Part shown: one piece after another, positions 60,289-64,000 of the stretch | Layout: each line of letters opens with the position of its first letter | How positions within the stretch are numbered: the stretch's first letter is position 1 | Origin: an uncultured delta proteobacterium | GTDB lineage: Bacteria; Myxococcota_A; UBA9160; UBA4427 | Direction: 5' to 3' | Assembly: GCA_963822965.1 (NCBI GenBank) | Contig: CAWGJT010000005.1 | Span: 992,001 to 1,056,000 of the forward strand | DNA length: 64,000 bases | Made by a program: the position numbers and the translations under genes | Notes under the pieces: generated by a model | What the model was told of the DNA's origin: nothing | The model's input: only the letters and a program-made list of their open reading frames with translations | Databases searched by the model: none

Positions 60289-61339
60289 ATGCGTCGTTCC
60301 GAAGACCTGCCCGCGACGAGCGATGTGCTGCATCGCTTCCCGTTCCGGGCGATGGCGAGCCCGTGCGAGCTGCACCTGCACGCGGGACCACGTCGCGCAG
60401 GTGCAGGCCGCCGCTCGCGCCGCCACGCGCGAGGTGCAGCGCATCGAGCGGAAGTACTCGCGCTACCGGGACGACAGTGTCGTCGCGGGCATCGACGCGT
60501 CCGCCGGCAGCCGGGACGGCTACCGCTGCGACGAGGAGACCGCGGCGCTCCTGGACTACGCCCACACCGCCTGGGAGCAGAGCGACGGCCTCTTCGACAT
60601 CACGTCGGGGGTGCTGCGCGAGGTGTGGGACTTCCGCGCGAACCGCATCCCGCATCGGCGCGACGTCGAGCGGGTGCTCGAGCGGGTGGGCTGGCAGCGC
60701 CTCGTCTGGGAGCGCCCCGTGCTGCGCATGCCGGCGGGCATGCAGGTGGACTTCGGGGGCTTCGGCAAGGAGTACGCGGCCGACCGCGCGGCCGCGGTGT
60801 GCCGGGCGCACGGCATCGCGTCGGGGCTCGTGGACCTGGGCGGCGACGTCGCCCTGGTGGGACCGCATCCGGACGGCGGCGGCTTCCGGGTGGGGGTGCG
60901 CGACCCGCGACGGCCCCGCGGCGCCCTCGCCAGCATCCTGCTCGACGCCGGGGGAATCGCGACCAGCGGCGACTATCAACGCTTCCTGGTTGTGGACGGC
61001 CGGCGCTACGCGCACATCCTCGACCCTCGCACGGGCTGGCCGGTCCGCGGTCTCGCGAGCGTGAGCGTGGTGGCGGACGGCTGCCTCGTCGCCGGGACCG
61101 CCTCGACGGTCGCGATGCTGAAGGGAGGCGACGGCGCGCGCTGGCTCGCAGCCCTCGGGCTGCCCCACCTGTGCGTGGACAGCGGCGGTGGCGTGAGCGG
61201 CACGCTCGCGGGCGCCGCCGACTACGGATCGCCCGGCACAGACACTCAGTCCTCGCTCGCGGAGTCGAGGTCCGAGCCCAGCAGCTGCACCCCGGGCGCC
61301 GTGGCGCCCTGCACCGCGCCGGGCATCACGACGACCTGA
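60289..61339 (+). CDS. apbE: FAD:protein FMN transferase (N-terminal frameshift)
   Basis: F.AMAS, SDGLFDIT, DFGGFGKEYAAD, DLGGD, ATSGDYQR, HILDPRTG.P; 3' end uncertain. Confidence 0.9.
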
Positions 61340-63546
61340 GGCGCGAAGCCTCGCTCGCGCAGCCGAAGCGCGTCGGCGCCCGCCAGGGCCATCTTGCGGT
61401 AGCCCGTCAGGTAGACGTCGAAGAGCTCCTGCCCGCCTCGCATCCACGATCCCACCTGGGCGTCGGCGCCCTCCCGCTCGAAGCCGTCGGCGATCTCCTG
61501 CGCCTCCCCGCGGTCGCTCACGGTGCTGAGCAGCAGCGCGTAGGGGAACCGCGAGCTCATGCGGACGCCCTTCAGCCGGCTCTGGCTGCGTTCGAGGGCG
61601 AGGCGCTGCCGGATCGACTCGGCGATGTCCTCGTCGTGGCTGCGCAGGATCTTCGCCTGCACGGCGAAGATGAGGTGCGTATCGTTGGTCCGCGAGCTTT
61701 GGGACTTCACCAGATATCCCAGGATCGGAATGTCCTGCAGGAAGGGCGTGCCGCTCTGGCTCGACGTCTGCAGGCCGTCCTGGCTCATGCCGACGACCGC
61801 CAGCTCCCCGTCGGCCATGGGGATCTTGGTCTCGATCAGGCGCTTCTCCACCGTCGGCCCCACCAGGTTGACGTTGCCGGCCACGGACGGGCCGATGCGT
61901 GACACCTCGATGTGAAGCTTGAGGGTTACCTCTCCCGAGTCGCCCAGCTGGGGCAGGACGCGCAGCTCCACCCCCACGTCCTGCCGCTCGACCTGGTTGC
62001 GCGTCTGGACGCCCTGCAGGCTCTCGGCGGACTGCCCCACCAGGATCGGGACGTTCTGGCCCACGAAGATCCGCTGCTCCTCACCGCTCGACATCAGCAG
62101 TCGCGGATTCAGGAGCACCCGGGTGCGCACGGCCCGGTCGTCGGCCTGCACGACGACGGTCTCGCGCGGCACCACCACCTGCACCGGCTGTCCGTTGGCG
62201 TCGACGAAGGGGATGAGGAGCGGGTCCCGGGAAGCGCGCCCGAAGAAGCTGATGTCGGGACCGATCTCGCCGCGCAGGCCGCCGCCGGAGGGATTCGAGG
62301 TGACCGAGAGGAAGTTGCCGCTGCCGTCCTTGTTCGGCTCGAGGATCGGCAGGAAGAAGTCGACGCCCAGGGACATGCTGCTGGGGTTGGTGATCTCGTA
62401 GCCGGTCACGTCCACCTGGATGCGCGGCTGCTCCCGATCGAGGTAGTCGATCACCGTCTGGATCGTGCGGAAGGTGTCGCGGTCGGCGTCGATGATGAGG
62501 GAGTTCGTCCCCGGGTCGACCATCGCGACGAAGTTCTTGCCCATCAGGTTCTCGCCGCCCGGCGGCTCGGTGGACACGCCCGGAAGCCCGCGCGGCGGGG
62601 CGGACTGCGCGGCGGCGGCCTCGCGATTCTTGAGCACCCGGCCCACGGCGAGCGCCAGCAGCATCTCCTGGATCTCCTGGGCGTCCCGGTTGCGGACGCG
62701 AACGACCCGGAGCTTGGTGCTGACCTCGACCGGACGGTCGAGCTCGTCGATGAACTTCGCGGCCCGCTGCAGCTGGTCGTCCGTCCCCAGCAGGATGAGG
62801 GTGTTCGTACGCTCGTCGGTCCAGAAGCGGAGCTCGCCCTCGCCGAAGGAGGGCGCCACCACCTCGGGCAGCATGTCCGCCACCTCCTGCACGCCGCGGT
62901 GGCGCAGGGTGCGCAGCCACAGCTCGCCGGACCCGCCCGCGTCGAGCGCCTGGATGAGGGCCATGGTGCGCAGCAGACGCTTCTCGTTCCCCACCAGGAT
63001 GAGGCTGTTCGTATCGGGATACGGAACCACCAGGTCGTCCTTGCTCACCTGGGGCTGGATCTTGGCGGCGAGCGACGCGGCGTCCACCTCGTGCACGTCC
63101 ATCATCGTGGTGACCAGCTGGTCGCGCTCCTCGAGCGCCGCCAGCCCCGTCCACGGAGCCCCGGACGACGCGACGGTCACGGGCAGCACCCGGTAGACGT
63201 CCCCGCGGCCCCGCATCAGCGCGTAGCCCTGCATGGTGAGGGTGGCGTCGAGCAGGGCGAGCGCCTCTTCCGGGCTCACCAGCCGGTGCATGGTGATCGT
63301 GAAGCGTCCCGGCAGCGCCGGGTCCACCACGATGCGCTTGCCTGTGGCGCGGGCGATCTCCGCGACCACCTGGGAGAGCGGCGTCTGCGCGTAGTGGAGC
63401 TGGATCAGGCCGTTCTCGGCCACGGCCGCCACGGCGCCCGCCGGACGGGGGACGGCCGCAGCCAGCAGCAGCCCGGCTACGAGCGAAGCCAGCAGACGCG
63501 CCCGGAACCCCAGCGGCCCGCTGGCACGGGCCGCCTCAGCGTTCAT
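61246..63546 (-). CDS. GspD-like secretin with C-terminal SPOR-like domain
   Basis: N domains (TNSLIL, DERTNTLIL), VGQNVP, RQDVGVELRVLP, PFLQDIPILGYL. Confidence 0.88.
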   Translation of the reverse strand: MNAEAARASGPLGFRARLLASLVAGLLLAAAVPRPAGAVAAVAENGLIQLHYAQTPLSQVVAEIARATGKRIVVDPALPGRFTITMHRLVSPEEALALLDATLTMQGYALMRGRGDVYRVLPVTVASSGAPWTGLAALEERDQLVTTMMDVHEVDAASLAAKIQPQVSKDDLVVPYPDTNSLILVGNEKRLLRTMALIQALDAGGSGELWLRTLRHRGVQEVADMLPEVVAPSFGEGELRFWTDERTNTLILLGTDDQLQRAAKFIDELDRPVEVSTKLRVVRVRNRDAQEIQEMLLALAVGRVLKNREAAAAQSAPPRGLPGVSTEPPGGENLMGKNFVAMVDPGTNSLIIDADRDTFRTIQTVIDYLDREQPRIQVDVTGYEITNPSSMSLGVDFFLPILEPNKDGSGNFLSVTSNPSGGGLRGEIGPDISFFGRASRDPLLIPFVDANGQPVQVVVPRETVVVQADDRAVRTRVLLNPRLLMSSGEEQRIFVGQNVPILVGQSAESLQGVQTRNQVERQDVGVELRVLPQLGDSGEVTLKLHIEVSRIGPSVAGNVNLVGPTVEKRLIETKIPMADGELAVVGMSQDGLQTSSQSGTPFLQDIPILGYLVKSQSSRTNDTHLIFAVQAKILRSHDEDIAESIRQRLALERSQSRLKGVRMSSRFPYALLLSTVSDRGEAQEIADGFEREGADAQVGSWMRGGQELFDVYLTGYRKMALAGADALRLRERGFAPQVVVMPGAVQGATAPGVQLLGSDLDSASED

Positions 63547-64000
63547 CGCCAGGGCATGGCGAAATCCCAGACCTCGACGCGCAGGGTCGCGCGGGCCTCA
63601 TGGATCTCCGGGTCCAGCTCGAAGAAGCTGTTGCTGTCCTGCGCCACACCGCCATCCCTGAGCTTGACCTTCGCCTTGCCGGGGTCCTGGTAACGGTAGC
63701 CGAGGCTGAGGGAGACGCGATCGGTGAGCTCATAGCCGAGTCCGACACCGGCCTGCCAGGCGAAGTTGTACTTCAGGTCGTCGCCATGGGTCTGGCTCTC
63801 CTGGGTCTTGACGTCGAGACTCGCCATGCCGACGCCGGCGCCCAGCTCGAGGGAGGTGCGGTCGAGGATGTGCTTCAGGGTGCGCAGCCGCCAGCGGCCG
63901 AAGAGGCGCGCGCTGGTCCACGAGATGGGCCGGTAGAGGCCCTGTAGCGGAATGTCGAGCCAGAAGTTCCCCATGAGCGACCAGGTGTCGAGCTCGGTCT
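63543..64000 (-). CDS. Outer-membrane beta-barrel (OmpA/Opa-like), C-terminal part
   Basis: GAGVG, NFAWQAGVGLGYELTDRVSLSLGYRY; truncated by the window edge. Confidence 0.8.
   Translation of the reverse strand, partial: TELDTWSLMGNFWLDIPLQGLYRPISWTSARLFGRWRLRTLKHILDRTSLELGAGVGMASLDVKTQESQTHGDDLKYNFAWQAGVGLGYELTDRVSLSLGYRYQDPGKAKVKLRDGGVAQDSNSFFELDPEIHEARATLRVEVWDFAMPWR

Noticed and set aside
51700..60400. Pseudogenisation or programmed frameshifting of the cytochrome, DsbD, TlpA and ApbE genes
   Set aside because: Many single-base indels with intact motifs on either side, clustered regionally, fit low-coverage long-read error better; read-level polishing would decide.

Overview
High-GC bacterial window; the gene content would fit an uncultured Myxococcota-like organism, but that is inference. 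Indels cluster at about 0.5-3.9 kb and 51.7-60.4 kb, which looks like long-read consensus error. Bases 1-44.9 kb are mostly lipid, acyl-CoA and sulfate-ester metabolism: ALDH, LLM-F420 oxidoreductase, two alkyl-sulfatase-like MBL hydrolases, SDRs, a sulfotransferase, WS/DGAT, cysK, two D-aminoacylase paralogues, a HAL2-type PAP phosphatase, SelO, an ACAD pair/DUF35/Ltp2-like/AMACR cluster, two GT-C glycosyltransferases, a histidine kinase, an acyl-CoA ligase and a carboxylesterase. A decayed Rhs locus at 6.8-8.8 kb carries a toxin-antitoxin module and an unannotated 47-aa ORF. Two things stand out. (1) A divergent envelope locus of about 16 kb (45.0-61.3 kb). The leftward arm encodes a CxxCH protein, a CxxCH+LamG lipoprotein, a Tat-exported DUF1501-like protein and a split ExbD/TonB-like/helical protein/lipoprotein/ExbB motor. 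The rightward arm encodes DsbD, TlpA, DUF4266, a DUF3570 beta-barrel with two SGA[S/T] flavinylation-type motifs, and ApbE. (2) A TetR protein with close motif similarity to Vibrio LuxR/HapR/SmcR, coupled to a WS/DGAT gene, with two LuxR-box-like operators in the upstream promoter. The window ends with a SPOR-tailed secretin and an outer-membrane barrel. All family assignments come from motif recognition, not database searches.
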